Origin: Candidatus Hydrogenedentota bacterium
GTDB lineage: Bacteria > Hydrogenedentota > Hydrogenedentia > Hydrogenedentales > GCA-2746185
Assembly (NCBI GenBank): GCA_046583315.1
Contig: JAYGCN010000288.1
Span: forward strand, 24,807 to 88,806
Reading direction: 5' to 3'
Length of the DNA stretch: 64,000 nt
The notes beneath the pieces are model-generated. The model did no database searches. It was given only the letters and a program-made list of their open reading frames with translations, and had not been told where the DNA came from. Positions 48,304-58,271 of this stretch are shown here, one piece after another. How positions within the stretch are numbered: the first letter of the stretch is position 1; each line of letters begins with the position of its first letter. The position numbers and the translations under genes are program-made.

Positions 48304-50757
48304 ATGGCGAAATACCTGGTCGTAGTCGAGTCGCCGGCAAAGGCGAAGACCATTAATAAATTTCTCGGGTCGAACTATTCGGTGAAGGCTTGTTTTGGCG
48401 CGGTGCGTGATTTGCCGCGCAGTAGCTTGGGCGTGGATGTGGACAATAATTTCGAGCCCAAGTACGTCACCATTCGTGATGAAAATAACCGTAAGGCGCT
48501 CAAGGAGATCAAAGATCGCGCCGCAAAAGTGGATGAGATTTTTCTGGCTTCTGACCCTGACCGTGAAGGGGAAGCGATTGCCTGGCATGTCGCTGAAATT
48601 CTGAAAAACAACAAAAAGACGGCGGACAAGCCTTCCCACCGGATCGTGTTTAACGAAATTACCAAAGAGAACGTTAAGAAGGCGGTCAAATCTCCGCGCG
48701 AGATTGACTACAACCTGGTCGATGCCCAACAGGCACGCCGTGTCATTGATCGCCTCGTAGGATACAAGATTAGTCCCCTGCTGGGTTGGGTCGTGCGCAA
48801 AGGCTTGAGTGCCGGGCGTGTGCAGTCGGTCACGGTGCGCATGGTGGTCGAGCGTGAAGAAGAGATTCGCGCCTTCGTGCCGGTAGAGTACTGGTCCATG
48901 GATGCCAAGCTCACGACGCCGCGGGACGATACGTTTACCGCGCGACTCTTCTCGCAAAAAGGCGATTCAATTGCTGTCGGCAAACCGGGACAGATACGAT
49001 CTCAGGCCGCAATGGAAACGATACAAGCGGCGGTTGTCGATGCAGACTTCAATGTAGGAACAGTGACGCGCAAAGAAGTGAAACGTCGCCCGTCTCCTCC
49101 GTTTATTACGAGTTCGTTGCAGCAGGATGCCTCCCGTAAACTGGGCATGAGCCCGGCAAAGACCATGGCCATTGCGCAGCAGTTGTATCAAGGCATCGAT
49201 GTGGGACAGGGGCAAGAAGGGCTAATTACCTACATGCGTACAGATTCGTTACGTCTGTCCAATGAAGCACTCGACTCTGCGCGCAGCTACATTTCCAAGA
49301 CATTCGGCAGTGCGAGTCTTCCCGAGAAGCCGAATTTCTATAAAAACAAAAAGGATGCCCAGGATGCGCATGAGGCCATACGCGCGACATCGGCGCACCA
49401 CACGCCGGAGAGTATCGAGAAGTATCTGAGCGCCGAACAGCTGAAACTCTATACACTTATCTGGAAACGCTATGTGGCGAGTCAGATGATGCCTGCTATT
49501 TTGGATCAAACCATCGTCGATATCCCTGTAAATGATTATGTATTCCGTGCGTCCGGTTCGATCATGAAGTTCGCCGGGTTTACCGCTCTCTACAAGGTCG
49601 CCGAAGACGAAGATAAGGAAGCGGACGATCAGAATCGTCTTCTGCCGGAAATCAACGAGGGAGAGAATCTCAACTCGGAAGAATTCCTGCCCGAACAGCA
49701 TTTCACGAAGCCGCCACCGCGTTATTCAGAAGCCTCGCTGGTGCGTGCCATGGAAGAAAACGGCATCGGCAGACCCAGTACCTATGCGGCGACGATCAAG
49801 GTTATCCTGGACCGCATGTATGTCGAGAAACAGAACGGTCGCCTCGTGCCGACCGAACTGGGTGAGGAAGTGAACACGTGGCTCGTCAAAAATTTCCCCG
49901 ATATTCTTTCCATCGATTTCACGGCGAGACTTGAAGACAGTCTCGATGAGGTTGAAGAAGGACACAAAAATTGGCGGGAAATCACAGGCCAATTTTTCAG
50001 TCCATTTTCGAAAGATCTCTCGGAGACCGAGACACGCATGGTCGCGGAATTGGTGGGTGACGATCCACGCTGTCCCGAGTGTGACTCGCCGTGTGTATTA
50101 AAGCAGAGCTGGTTCGGTATGTATATGGGGTGCACCAAAGAGGATTGCAAGGGTGTCATTCGCATCAACCGGACACCTCCGGAACCGACGGATGATAAGT
50201 GCGATCGTTGCGAGGCGCCGATGGTGATTCGCACTGGACGCTATGGTCGATTCATGGCCTGTTCCACGTACCCAAAATGCGACTTCGTTATCAATTTCGA
50301 TAAAGACGGAAACAAGTTACCACCCAAAGAGCCGTCCGTACGCACCGACGAAGAATGCCCGAAGTGCAAGAAGGGTAATTTGCTGATTCGGAAGAGTCGG
50401 CGTGGCGAAGAATTCTACGGCTGCGAGCGCTACCCAAAATGCAAACACACACGCCCGATGGAGTTGAACCTGCCATGTCCCGAAGAGGGATGCGACGGTG
50501 AGATGGAACACGGCCGCGTGGGAAGGCGTCGCGCTGTCGTCTGTTCGAAGTGCGACCTGCAGGCATTTGGTAACGTGGATAAAGAAACAGGATGTAGCGA
50601 GTGCGGGTTGGACTGGTCACTGGTACTCAACCGCACCAAGAAACGCCCGCGCAAACGTGTGTGTCCAAAAAGTAGCTGTGGACACGAGGTCGAAGAACTC
50701 GAGCCGGATGAGATTGAAGCGGAAGAAGCTGCCACAGCCGAAGCCGAAACGAAATAG
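48304..50757 (+). CDS. topA: DNA topoisomerase I (type IA)
   Basis: VVESPAKAKTI, DPDREGE, SAGRVQS, ITYMRTDS and GIGRPSTYA motifs; five C-terminal Cys4 ribbons. Confidence 0.97.
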   Translation: MAKYLVVVESPAKAKTINKFLGSNYSVKACFGAVRDLPRSSLGVDVDNNFEPKYVTIRDENNRKALKEIKDRAAKVDEIFLASDPDREGEAIAWHVAEILKNNKKTADKPSHRIVFNEITKENVKKAVKSPREIDYNLVDAQQARRVIDRLVGYKISPLLGWVVRKGLSAGRVQSVTVRMVVEREEEIRAFVPVEYWSMDAKLTTPRDDTFTARLFSQKGDSIAVGKPGQIRSQAAMETIQAAVVDADFNVGTVTRKEVKRRPSPPFITSSLQQDASRKLGMSPAKTMAIAQQLYQGIDVGQGQEGLITYMRTDSLRLSNEALDSARSYISKTFGSASLPEKPNFYKNKKDAQDAHEAIRATSAHHTPESIEKYLSAEQLKLYTLIWKRYVASQMMPAILDQTIVDIPVNDYVFRASGSIMKFAGFTALYKVAEDEDKEADDQNRLLPEINEGENLNSEEFLPEQHFTKPPPRYSEASLVRAMEENGIGRPSTYAATIKVILDRMYVEKQNGRLVPTELGEEVNTWLVKNFPDILSIDFTARLEDSLDEVEEGHKNWREITGQFFSPFSKDLSETETRMVAELVGDDPRCPECDSPCVLKQSWFGMYMGCTKEDCKGVIRINRTPPEPTDDKCDRCEAPMVIRTGRYGRFMACSTYPKCDFVINFDKDGNKLPPKEPSVRTDEECPKCKKGNLLIRKSRRGEEFYGCERYPKCKHTRPMELNLPCPEEGCDGEMEHGRVGRRRAVVCSKCDLQAFGNVDKETGCSECGLDWSLVLNRTKKRPRKRVCPKSSCGHEVEELEPDEIEAEEAATAEAETK

Positions 50758-50791
50758 TGCGTAGCTGAATCCGAAGAGTGCAGGGGGCACG

Positions 50792-51724
50792 ATGGAGCAC
50801 GACGGATTGCAAGAGTTCGTGAACTACCTGGAGACCGAGCGGGGATTCTCCGCGCATACGGTGAAGGCGTACGTGCAGGATCTCGATCACTATGGACGTT
50901 ATCTTGTACACGGTCCGGCGGCGTTTTCAGAATCTGTCGATACAAAATCGCTATGTGTCACCCCCAAAGTCCTTTCCAAGGCCACGCGCAACGATGTTCG
51001 CGCATTTCTGGGGCACGTGCAGACCACTGGCGGCACATCCCGAACGTCCGCACGCAAATTGGCATCCATTCGCGCCGCCTACAAGTTTTATGTGCGGGTT
51101 GATACGCTCAAAGATAACCCCGCCATCTCGGTGAAATCACCCAAGTTGCCGCGCGACCTGCCGGATGTCTTGACCATCCCGGAAATCACCGCGGTGTTGG
51201 AAGCGCCAGACCTTTCCGAGCCATTGGGGTTGCGCGACAAAGCTATAATGGAGACGTTGTATTCCAGTGGCATTCGCGCATCCGAGTTGGCCGCGCTGAG
51301 CATGAAAGACGTAGATCTTGTCGGTCGTACGGTGCTTGTGCTGGGCAAACGCAACAAGGAACGCATTGCCCAACTTGGCAGTTACGCCCTGGACGCGTTA
51401 GACGCCTACCTCAAGATTCGCGGTCAGCTGGGCAAACCCAATCACACCTTCGCCTTCGTCAATTTTCGTGGTGGTCCCTTAACCACTCGTAGCGTTCAGC
51501 GCGTGGTTGAGAAATACGTCAAACAGGAATTGCCCGGTCGTCGGGAGATATCGCCTCATACTTTTCGGCACAGTTTTGCGACGCACATGCTCGATGCCGG
51601 GGCCGATTTACGCGTGATTCAGGAGTTGCTGGGCCATGAGAGTCTTTCGACCACGCAAATCTATACCCACGTGAGTATTGACAGGCTGAAGCAGGTTTAC
51701 CACGAGACCCATCCGCACGCCTGA
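50792..51724 (+). CDS. xerC: XerC-like tyrosine recombinase
   Basis: LYSSGIRASEL, LGKRNKER, HTFRHSFATH, LGHESLSTTQIY; position after topA favours xerC over xerD. Confidence 0.85.
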   Translation: MEHDGLQEFVNYLETERGFSAHTVKAYVQDLDHYGRYLVHGPAAFSESVDTKSLCVTPKVLSKATRNDVRAFLGHVQTTGGTSRTSARKLASIRAAYKFYVRVDTLKDNPAISVKSPKLPRDLPDVLTIPEITAVLEAPDLSEPLGLRDKAIMETLYSSGIRASELAALSMKDVDLVGRTVLVLGKRNKERIAQLGSYALDALDAYLKIRGQLGKPNHTFAFVNFRGGPLTTRSVQRVVEKYVKQELPGRREISPHTFRHSFATHMLDAGADLRVIQELLGHESLSTTQIYTHVSIDRLKQVYHETHPHA

Positions 51725-51741
51725 CCCGGGAGTTATGATTC

Positions 51742-52089
51742 ATGAGCGACATCACCATCTATCACAATCCGCGATGCAGCAAGAGTCGCCAGACCTTGGC
51801 ACTGTTGAAGGAGAAAGGTGCTGACCCCGTCATCATCGATTACCTGAATGATCCGCCATCGGTAGAAGACCTCCGCGCGATTCACGAGAAACTCGGGGGA
51901 GAGGCGAGTGCGCTGCTTCGACGCAAAGAAGCTGAATATGCTGAATCAGGTTTGTCTTCCAATTCAGCACCCGAAGCGATCTACGAAGCGATCACCTGTT
52001 ATCCGAAGTTGCTCGAGCGCCCCATCGTTGTTCGAGGTGGGCAAGCGGTGATTGGACGTCCGCCGGAGACTATCGAGCAGCTATTCTAA
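51742..52089 (+). CDS. arsC: Glutaredoxin-type arsenate reductase / ArsC family protein
   Basis: YHNPRCSKSR and PKLLERPIV motifs; substrate not demonstrable from sequence. Confidence 0.8.
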   Translation: MSDITIYHNPRCSKSRQTLALLKEKGADPVIIDYLNDPPSVEDLRAIHEKLGGEASALLRRKEAEYAESGLSSNSAPEAIYEAITCYPKLLERPIVVRGGQAVIGRPPETIEQLF

Positions 52090-52637
52090 GAGTTCGCTTT
52101 CAGCAGGAAGTATATGGCGACACCCGTTAGGGACACATACAGCCAGAGCGGCACGGTGAATTTCACGATTTTCTTGTGCAAGTCGAAACGTTTGGTCGCC
52201 GCGAAATAGACTGCTGAGAAGATGAGGGGTAGGGTAAACACGGTGCACGCCACGTGGGATATCAGAATTCCGAAATACACCGAGCGAATGGCACCTTCTG
52301 TTACGAAGGTGGTGTTTCCGTGTACGGCGTGGTAGGTGATATAACTGATTAGAAATACGACTGAGAACAGAATCGCGGTGATCATCAATGCCATGTGCAC
52401 CGTGCGTCGTCCGGTTTTGATGGCGACCACTCCCAGCAGAATACACGTCGCGCACAGAGCATTCAGAGCCGCATTGGTCGCCGGGAGAAAGTTCAACGCG
52501 TCGGGGTTGACCGATTCAGAAGACGAACGAAAGAAAAGAAGCCACGACAGGAAACCGAATACTGCGGCGGATACAGCCAGAATTGTGATGACAGCAGATC
52601 GAACGCTTGTTTCGGTGGGTTGAATCGATTCGTTCAT
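52086..52637 (-). CDS. DUF420 family membrane protein
   Basis: LPATNAALN, H..LM..A, FLISYITYH, YFGILISH, H.K and LWLYVSLTG pattern; start placed at ATG 52637. Confidence 0.85.
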   Translation of the reverse strand: MNESIQPTETSVRSAVITILAVSAAVFGFLSWLLFFRSSSESVNPDALNFLPATNAALNALCATCILLGVVAIKTGRRTVHMALMITAILFSVVFLISYITYHAVHGNTTFVTEGAIRSVYFGILISHVACTVFTLPLIFSAVYFAATKRFDLHKKIVKFTVPLWLYVSLTGVAIYFLLKANS

Positions 52638-52861
52638 TGCGAAAAGCCCTTTCCGGGAATCTGGTTCGCGAGTTCCATGTGTGAGGGCCACAGTATATCC
52701 GTTGCGCATTCATAATTACGAAATTTTTGGAAATTTTTGTTGGCATTTCGTTGTAAATACCGGACAAAGTCGCTATAGTATTCACGTTATCCTTGATATC
52801 CGTCACGTGGCGTGCAGGGGGTATGTCACTAGGATAGCTGTTCGCAGGCAGGCCTCAACGC

Positions 52862-54792
52862 ATGAAACTTGGTACCTTAGTGAAACGAAGAGAGCGCTCG
52901 GGGAAGCGCGTTACCATTCCGCCTCGTGCATTGCTTTCCATGTTTTTGAGTGCCGTCGCGCTCACGGTTGCCCTGTCCTATTAGGCTCCCTTCTTCTATC
53001 GCTATCTGACGACCCCAACCTACGACAACGCGCTATTCGTGTTCGGATACAAGGATCGTCTGTTCAATTACGCGACGCATGAGACCTTGAAGTCGATCAG
53101 TTTCGAAGGCGATGCCTACAATGTGATCACCTCAAAAGCCGGTAGACGGCTGGACGAAATCATCGCGATTTACAACGCCGGCGAGGACCAGACCTTGATG
53201 GTCACATTGTTAAGCGGCATTCTGGGTGGAATGGGTCTCGTCATCATCTGGATCCAGGCCTACCCTCGGGAGAAGAAGGGACGCTCGACAGGAATCATCG
53301 CCATTTTACTGGTGGGGCCGCTGTATTTTTGAATTGGACAAATGTCTCGCTTCGCAGTGCCAAAGATATCAAGGCTCATGAAATCGCCCAACCCTTTGTC
53401 CAGGGTGACATGGCGATACTGAGTTTTTCATCCATTCACCAAAATGCGTCTGAGTTGCTGTCCTCTTTGATGAATCGGGGAGCACCGCACGACGCGCTTG
53501 ATCTCGAACGCAACAGCTATTTTCACCATGCGGCCGAATTCGGTCGCACCAAGATGCTCGTCATTTTGGCTTCCTACCCCGATGTGGAATTGAATTCGCA
53601 AAACGAACTTGGGCAGACCCCCGTCCAGATTGCAACTGAAAAGGGTTACGTGGAATCCGTAGAATTTTTTCTGAAACGCGGAATTGACGCGTCCAATGAA
53701 GATGCCGAAGGGCGAACGCTACTGCACAGGGCCGCCGCAAATGAAGACGCGCCGATGCTTGAACTTCTGCTGAAGTATACGCAGGGACTCAATGAACTTG
53801 ATGACAATGGTATTTCGCCCTTGTCATTGGCGGCCGATCGTTTGAATTTGGACACCATCACCATGCTGCTCGATAGTGATGCCGATGTAAATTCCCTGGT
53901 GGACGATGCGTCGACATTTTTTGAGGCCGCCTTAGTGGGGATATTGAACACGGCACAATCGAAAGAAGCGTTCACCGCTGAAGACGAGACGCGCGTGATT
54001 GATTTGACGCGACGCATGCTGGAAATGGATGCCGATCTGACACGTCGGAACGCGGAAGGCGAGAGGCCGTTGCATTGGGTTACCGATGCGCACGATACTG
54101 TATATGATGGCACCGACAATGATTCACTGCTCTCAGCACTCACCGCACTACTCGTGGAATATGACGCGCCTACCTCTGCCGAAAACGACGATGATGTTCA
54201 GGCGCTGCCGTTGGCGCACGTTATCCGGCATGGATACGACCAGTGGCTGGAACAGGTCATCGACGCGAACCTTGCGAGTTTGAACTCGATAACAATCGAG
54301 AAAACGACCCTCTTTCAATATGCGGTTGAATACGGAGACGCCAAAACGCTTGCCATGCTGTTCGATAAAGGGATGAAGACGAAGCCCTGGAGCCCCAAGT
54401 CTATCGATCCGCTCAAGTATCTCATCGAGAAAAACGATCTGGCCACCGCGCGCATTTTATTGGAGCAAGGGTATGCCAAGCCGAAAGAAAGCGCTATTCC
54501 AATAGATGGCCCATTGCATCTTGCAGCACGTCTTAACCTGGCGCAGATGATCGAACTGCTTCTGGAGTTCGGCTACGATGTGAATGTTCCGGGATCCCGT
54601 GGGAATACGCCCTTGCATGATGCCGTGACGACAAAGAGCACGTTCGCGATCCTTACGCTAGTCGAAAATGATGCCGATCCGCTCATCTGGAATAGCGATG
54701 CGCTCACGCCGATGCAACGCGCGCGCGATCTGGGCAATCCCAGTGTGCTTGATGTCCTCAAGCGTGCCGTGCGTGAGAAACAATCGAAATAG
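52862..54792 (+). pseudogene. Membrane-anchored ankyrin-repeat protein interrupted by in-frame TAG (52982-52984) and a frameshift in T5 (53326-53330)
   Basis: ATG 52862 reads MKLGTLVKRR...LTVALSY*APFFYRYL, in frame with ORF 53039..53332; one extra T joins that ORF to ankyrin ORF 53329..54792. Confidence 0.65.
53329..54792 (+). CDS. Ankyrin-repeat region (intact 3' part of the interrupted gene)
   Basis: GQTPVQIA, GRTLLHRAA, GISPLSLAA, GERPLHWV, GPLHLAA and GNTPLHDAV repeats. Confidence 0.85.
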   Translation: MNWTNVSLRSAKDIKAHEIAQPFVQGDMAILSFSSIHQNASELLSSLMNRGAPHDALDLERNSYFHHAAEFGRTKMLVILASYPDVELNSQNELGQTPVQIATEKGYVESVEFFLKRGIDASNEDAEGRTLLHRAAANEDAPMLELLLKYTQGLNELDDNGISPLSLAADRLNLDTITMLLDSDADVNSLVDDASTFFEAALVGILNTAQSKEAFTAEDETRVIDLTRRMLEMDADLTRRNAEGERPLHWVTDAHDTVYDGTDNDSLLSALTALLVEYDAPTSAENDDDVQALPLAHVIRHGYDQWLEQVIDANLASLNSITIEKTTLFQYAVEYGDAKTLAMLFDKGMKTKPWSPKSIDPLKYLIEKNDLATARILLEQGYAKPKESAIPIDGPLHLAARLNLAQMIELLLEFGYDVNVPGSRGNTPLHDAVTTKSTFAILTLVENDADPLIWNSDALTPMQRARDLGNPSVLDVLKRAVREKQSK

Positions 54793-54845
54793 CTGGCAGA
54801 CCACTCGCCGAAACAATCGAATGAGCCCCCTTCGGTGATGGCAGA

Positions 54846-56111
54846 TTAGGAGTAGGTGACAATTTCCTTTTCGGTATCCCAAGCGACCATTTTTCGTTCG
54901 AACCAGGAGAGATTGCCCATACGCGCTGCGGCCACGCCGTAGAGGCCCAGTTCCGGCGGGCAATTCAGCTCGGCGCCATTACGAATCGCATCATGGTGGT
55001 TCTTGTGATGCGGAACCAAATCCTCGGCACCGGTTTTCTTGTGGGATTCGATGGTTTTACCGTCTTTTTCAGAAATAATGTCCCAGCCGGTACCCGAAAA
55101 TACTAGCGTCGCTTCCTGACCACGAATGCAGTGCGCGTTTTGCCGCTTGTTGTTCATCGTGCCAAGGAGATGCACCGTCATGCCGTTCGTTATTCCGTCG
55201 ATAGCCGGGTATTCCAGCAGCACTTCCATGCTGTCGGGAAGATCACGACCGTCGTCCCAGGTATAAATGCCGCCCATGCTCGCCACACGCGTCGGGAATT
55301 CCAGGCCGCATGACTTGATAAGCCGTGTCACGCGATGCACGAACAGATCGGTCGAGATGCCGCCGGAATAATCCTTGTAACAACGCCACTCATAGTAATG
55401 ATGCGGATTCCACGGGCGTTTATCGCGCGGATTCACCCAATCCTTCCAATTCAAATCCTTGGGTTTCGGCGTATCGTCCTTGATGCCCGCCTTACGCCAG
55501 GGTCCTCGCTTCTTGGGGTGATTGCGCACGTAATCAATTTGCGCCTCCACGACGAGCCCAATCTTGCCCGCTTTGATGGCTTCGTGCGCACTGGAGTAAC
55601 TATCGTCCGCCGTACCTTGCACGCCGACCTGGAGTTTCAAGCCGGTCTCGTTGGCTTTATCTTTTAATGTCTTCGCCTCGCGAATGTCGTAACACATTGG
55701 TTTCTCACAATAGACATGTTTGCCCGCTTCCAACGCAGCCATCGCCAGATGAAAATGGGAATGCTCCGGTGTCGCTATCATCACATAATCGATATCGGGG
55801 TCGGCCAAGACCTTGCGGTAGTTACCCGTGACTTTGGCTTCTCCTCCGGCACCCGCCACTTGCTCCTGAAAATTCACCGCACGCTCGCGATACACGTCGC
55901 AGACCCAGCGAATCGCGATGTTTTCCTCTTCCAACATCGAGAGTAGCGCTCGCAGATGACTGCCCGCCATGCCGCCGCAACCGATCATGCCCACCTGAAG
56001 TTGACTATTGGCACCTTGCGCGTTTGCATATTGTTTGGCCGTAAGCGCGACCGCTCCCGCAGCGGCTACGCTCGATTTAATGAAATGTCTTCGGGAAAGC
56101 GGGCTGGGCAT
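54846..56111 (-). CDS. Tat-exported Gfo/Idh/MocA family oxidoreductase
   Basis: SRRHFIK Tat motif; IGCGGMA, IATPEHSH, HVYCEKP and DLFVH motifs. Confidence 0.92.
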   Translation of the reverse strand: MPSPLSRRHFIKSSVAAAGAVALTAKQYANAQGANSQLQVGMIGCGGMAGSHLRALLSMLEEENIAIRWVCDVYRERAVNFQEQVAGAGGEAKVTGNYRKVLADPDIDYVMIATPEHSHFHLAMAALEAGKHVYCEKPMCYDIREAKTLKDKANETGLKLQVGVQGTADDSYSSAHEAIKAGKIGLVVEAQIDYVRNHPKKRGPWRKAGIKDDTPKPKDLNWKDWVNPRDKRPWNPHHYYEWRCYKDYSGGISTDLFVHRVTRLIKSCGLEFPTRVASMGGIYTWDDGRDLPDSMEVLLEYPAIDGITNGMTVHLLGTMNNKRQNAHCIRGQEATLVFSGTGWDIISEKDGKTIESHKKTGAEDLVPHHKNHHDAIRNGAELNCPPELGLYGVAAARMGNLSWFERKMVAWDTEKEIVTYS

Positions 56112-56263
56112 GGGGCGAATTCCTTTATCGGTCTGATTTCAGTACAGCCCGTAGCATAACGATTTTTTCGAGTCCAGTGCAATCTGCCCATTGGTGAGTA
56201 CCGCGACTGCCAAGCGATGTGTTAAAGTAGTCACGTTCGTATGCAGGCCAAAGGGGCGAAACT

Positions 56264-57238
56264 GTGTTGCTGATGTACATTTATCTCGTGGTGGGGCTGG
56301 TTCTCGTCATCAAGGGAGCCGATTTTCTGGTCAACGGGGCCTCCACCATTGCGCGACGATTCAGCGTATCCGAATTCGTCATCGGTCTGACCGTCGTTTC
56401 CTTCGGCACGTCGCTGCCCGAGCTTATCATTACGCTCATTTCCGGCTCCGAAGGCAAGACTGACCTCATCATCGGCAACATTGTGGGTAGCAACATCGCC
56501 AACGTCCTGCTCGTGCTCGGCATCGCCGCGATGATTCGCCGATTGCCCACGCCGAACAGCACGGTGACCAGGGAAATCCCCTTTACGGTGATCGCGTCAA
56601 TTGTACTCGTATTCTTGTTGAACAACGGATTCATGGATACGGATCAACCACTCGCACTGAGTCGCTGGGACAGCGGAATATTATTCGTCTTCTTCGTTGT
56701 ATTCATTGGATATACCGCAGCGATCGTACGCAATCAGAAAAGCGACGAAAAGGAGTGGGTCGGAGAAGTGGCGCATCACTCGCCGCTTCGTTCAGGGGTA
56801 GAGATTGTTGCAGGAATGCTTGCGTTGTATTTCGGCGGTGACATGGCCGTGATGAAGGGGGCCGTTCCAATAGCCGAGTCGTGGGGCATGAGCGAGGCCT
56901 TCATCGGTCTCACCGTCATCGCGATCGGAACTTCGTTGCCGGAGCTGGCTACTTCTGCAGTCGCTGCCTACAAGAAAAATGTCGACATCGCAGTGGGCAA
57001 TGTGGTGGGGTCAAACATTTTCAACATTTTGTTTGTGTTGGGCGTGAACAGCGCAGTACGTCCCATTGCATTCGACACGAAATTCAATATCGATCTTGGA
57101 ATCATGGTTGCCACGACGATGGCACTATTGGTTTTCATGTACGTGGGACATCCGAAACGCACGATTCAACGGCGCGAAGGCGCTCTTTTCTTCGCCTGCT
57201 ACCTCGCGTACATGGTTTTCGTGATCAGACGCGGTTAG
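56264..57238 (+). CDS. Calcium/sodium antiporter (YrbG/CaCA family)
   Basis: Two alpha repeats, each GTSLPEL...GN(I/V)VGSNI. Confidence 0.92.
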   Translation: MLLMYIYLVVGLVLVIKGADFLVNGASTIARRFSVSEFVIGLTVVSFGTSLPELIITLISGSEGKTDLIIGNIVGSNIANVLLVLGIAAMIRRLPTPNSTVTREIPFTVIASIVLVFLLNNGFMDTDQPLALSRWDSGILFVFFVVFIGYTAAIVRNQKSDEKEWVGEVAHHSPLRSGVEIVAGMLALYFGGDMAVMKGAVPIAESWGMSEAFIGLTVIAIGTSLPELATSAVAAYKKNVDIAVGNVVGSNIFNILFVLGVNSAVRPIAFDTKFNIDLGIMVATTMALLVFMYVGHPKRTIQRREGALFFACYLAYMVFVIRRG

Positions 57239-58271
57239 CGTCTACCACCACGACCGGCTCCGTTGTACTCAGTTTCACTTTTTCACCCTCGCGAAATTCA
57301 CTGCGGTGATCCGTCATGACCACAAAAGTTGTCGTGTCGGTGCCAACGGTGTAGTACTGATCGTGCCCCTTGAAGTCACGCGTGAGCACCGTACCTTCGA
57401 TTCCCGAGGCCCCATTGGCAGGTGCGATGGTAAGTTGTTCGGGTCGTACCGACACCAGCACCGGGCCTTTGGATTCGCTGCGTAATTCAAGGCGGCCCAA
57501 CGCGCAATCCACGCAACACCCCACCGCATTGCCGTGGATAAGATTCGTCTCGCCCAGAAATTGAGCCACAAAGGCCGTGGCCGGATTCCGGTAGATTTCG
57601 ATAGGCGTACCACATTGTTCAATGCGCCCGTGGTTCATCACGGCGATGCGATCCGCTGTGGTCAATGCTTCTTCCTGATCGTGCGTTACGAGAATGGCGC
57701 TCATGCCGGAGCGCAGCAGGATGTCGCGCACCTCACGCCGCGTATCGGAACGCAACGAGGCATCCAGATTGCTGAACGGTTCATCCAGCAGAATAACCTT
57801 TGGGCCCGGTGCCATTGAACGTGCCAAGGCGACCCGCTGTTGTTGTCCACCCGAGAGCGCGTGTGGCGAGCGCTTCGCCAGTCCACCGAGTCCAGAAATT
57901 TCGATCGCGTATTCAACCCGGGCTTTGCGTTTGGCGCGGGGCAGATGTTTGAGGCCAAAGGCGATGTTTTGTGCCACGTTGAGATGAGGAAAAAGTGCGT
58001 AATCCTGAAACACGATTCCGATACCGCGCTTCTCAGGTTTTACCCAGTGCGTATCATCGGACAACACCCGATCATCCAGTGTGATGGTCCCCGTCTCCGG
58101 TTTTTCGAAGCCGGCAATCGCGCGCAAGGTCGTCGTTTTTCCGCAACCGGAGGGTCCGAGCAACGCCAGGATTTCACCCTCCTTAAGATCGAGATCGATC
58201 GAACGAATCACGGGCTCTTCGTTCTTCTCGTAGCGTTTGGTCACGTTATCTACAGTCAAGATGGGTTTCAT
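57225..58271 (-). CDS. Fe3+-type ABC transporter ATP-binding protein (FbpC-like)
   Basis: GPSGCGKT, VFQDYALFPHL, LSGGQQQR and LLDEPFSNLD motifs; TOBE tail. Confidence 0.92.
   Translation of the reverse strand: MKPILTVDNVTKRYEKNEEPVIRSIDLDLKEGEILALLGPSGCGKTTTLRAIAGFEKPETGTITLDDRVLSDDTHWVKPEKRGIGIVFQDYALFPHLNVAQNIAFGLKHLPRAKRKARVEYAIEISGLGGLAKRSPHALSGGQQQRVALARSMAPGPKVILLDEPFSNLDASLRSDTRREVRDILLRSGMSAILVTHDQEEALTTADRIAVMNHGRIEQCGTPIEIYRNPATAFVAQFLGETNLIHGNAVGCCVDCALGRLELRSESKGPVLVSVRPEQLTIAPANGASGIEGTVLTRDFKGHDQYYTVGTDTTTFVVMTDHRSEFREGEKVKLSTTEPVVVVDANRV

Noticed and set aside
50792..51724. Tyrosine recombinase as a phage or island integrase
   Set aside because: Size, motifs and smg-topA context fit housekeeping XerC; no att site, tRNA or phage genes nearby.
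51742..52089. arsC and arsM as one ars operon
   Set aside because: About 28 kb apart, with no arsR, arsB or acr3; this ArsC family often occurs outside arsenic loci.
52982..52984. TAG as pyrrolysine
   Set aside because: No pyl genes or methylamine methyltransferase context, and a second lesion in the same gene favours decay or error.
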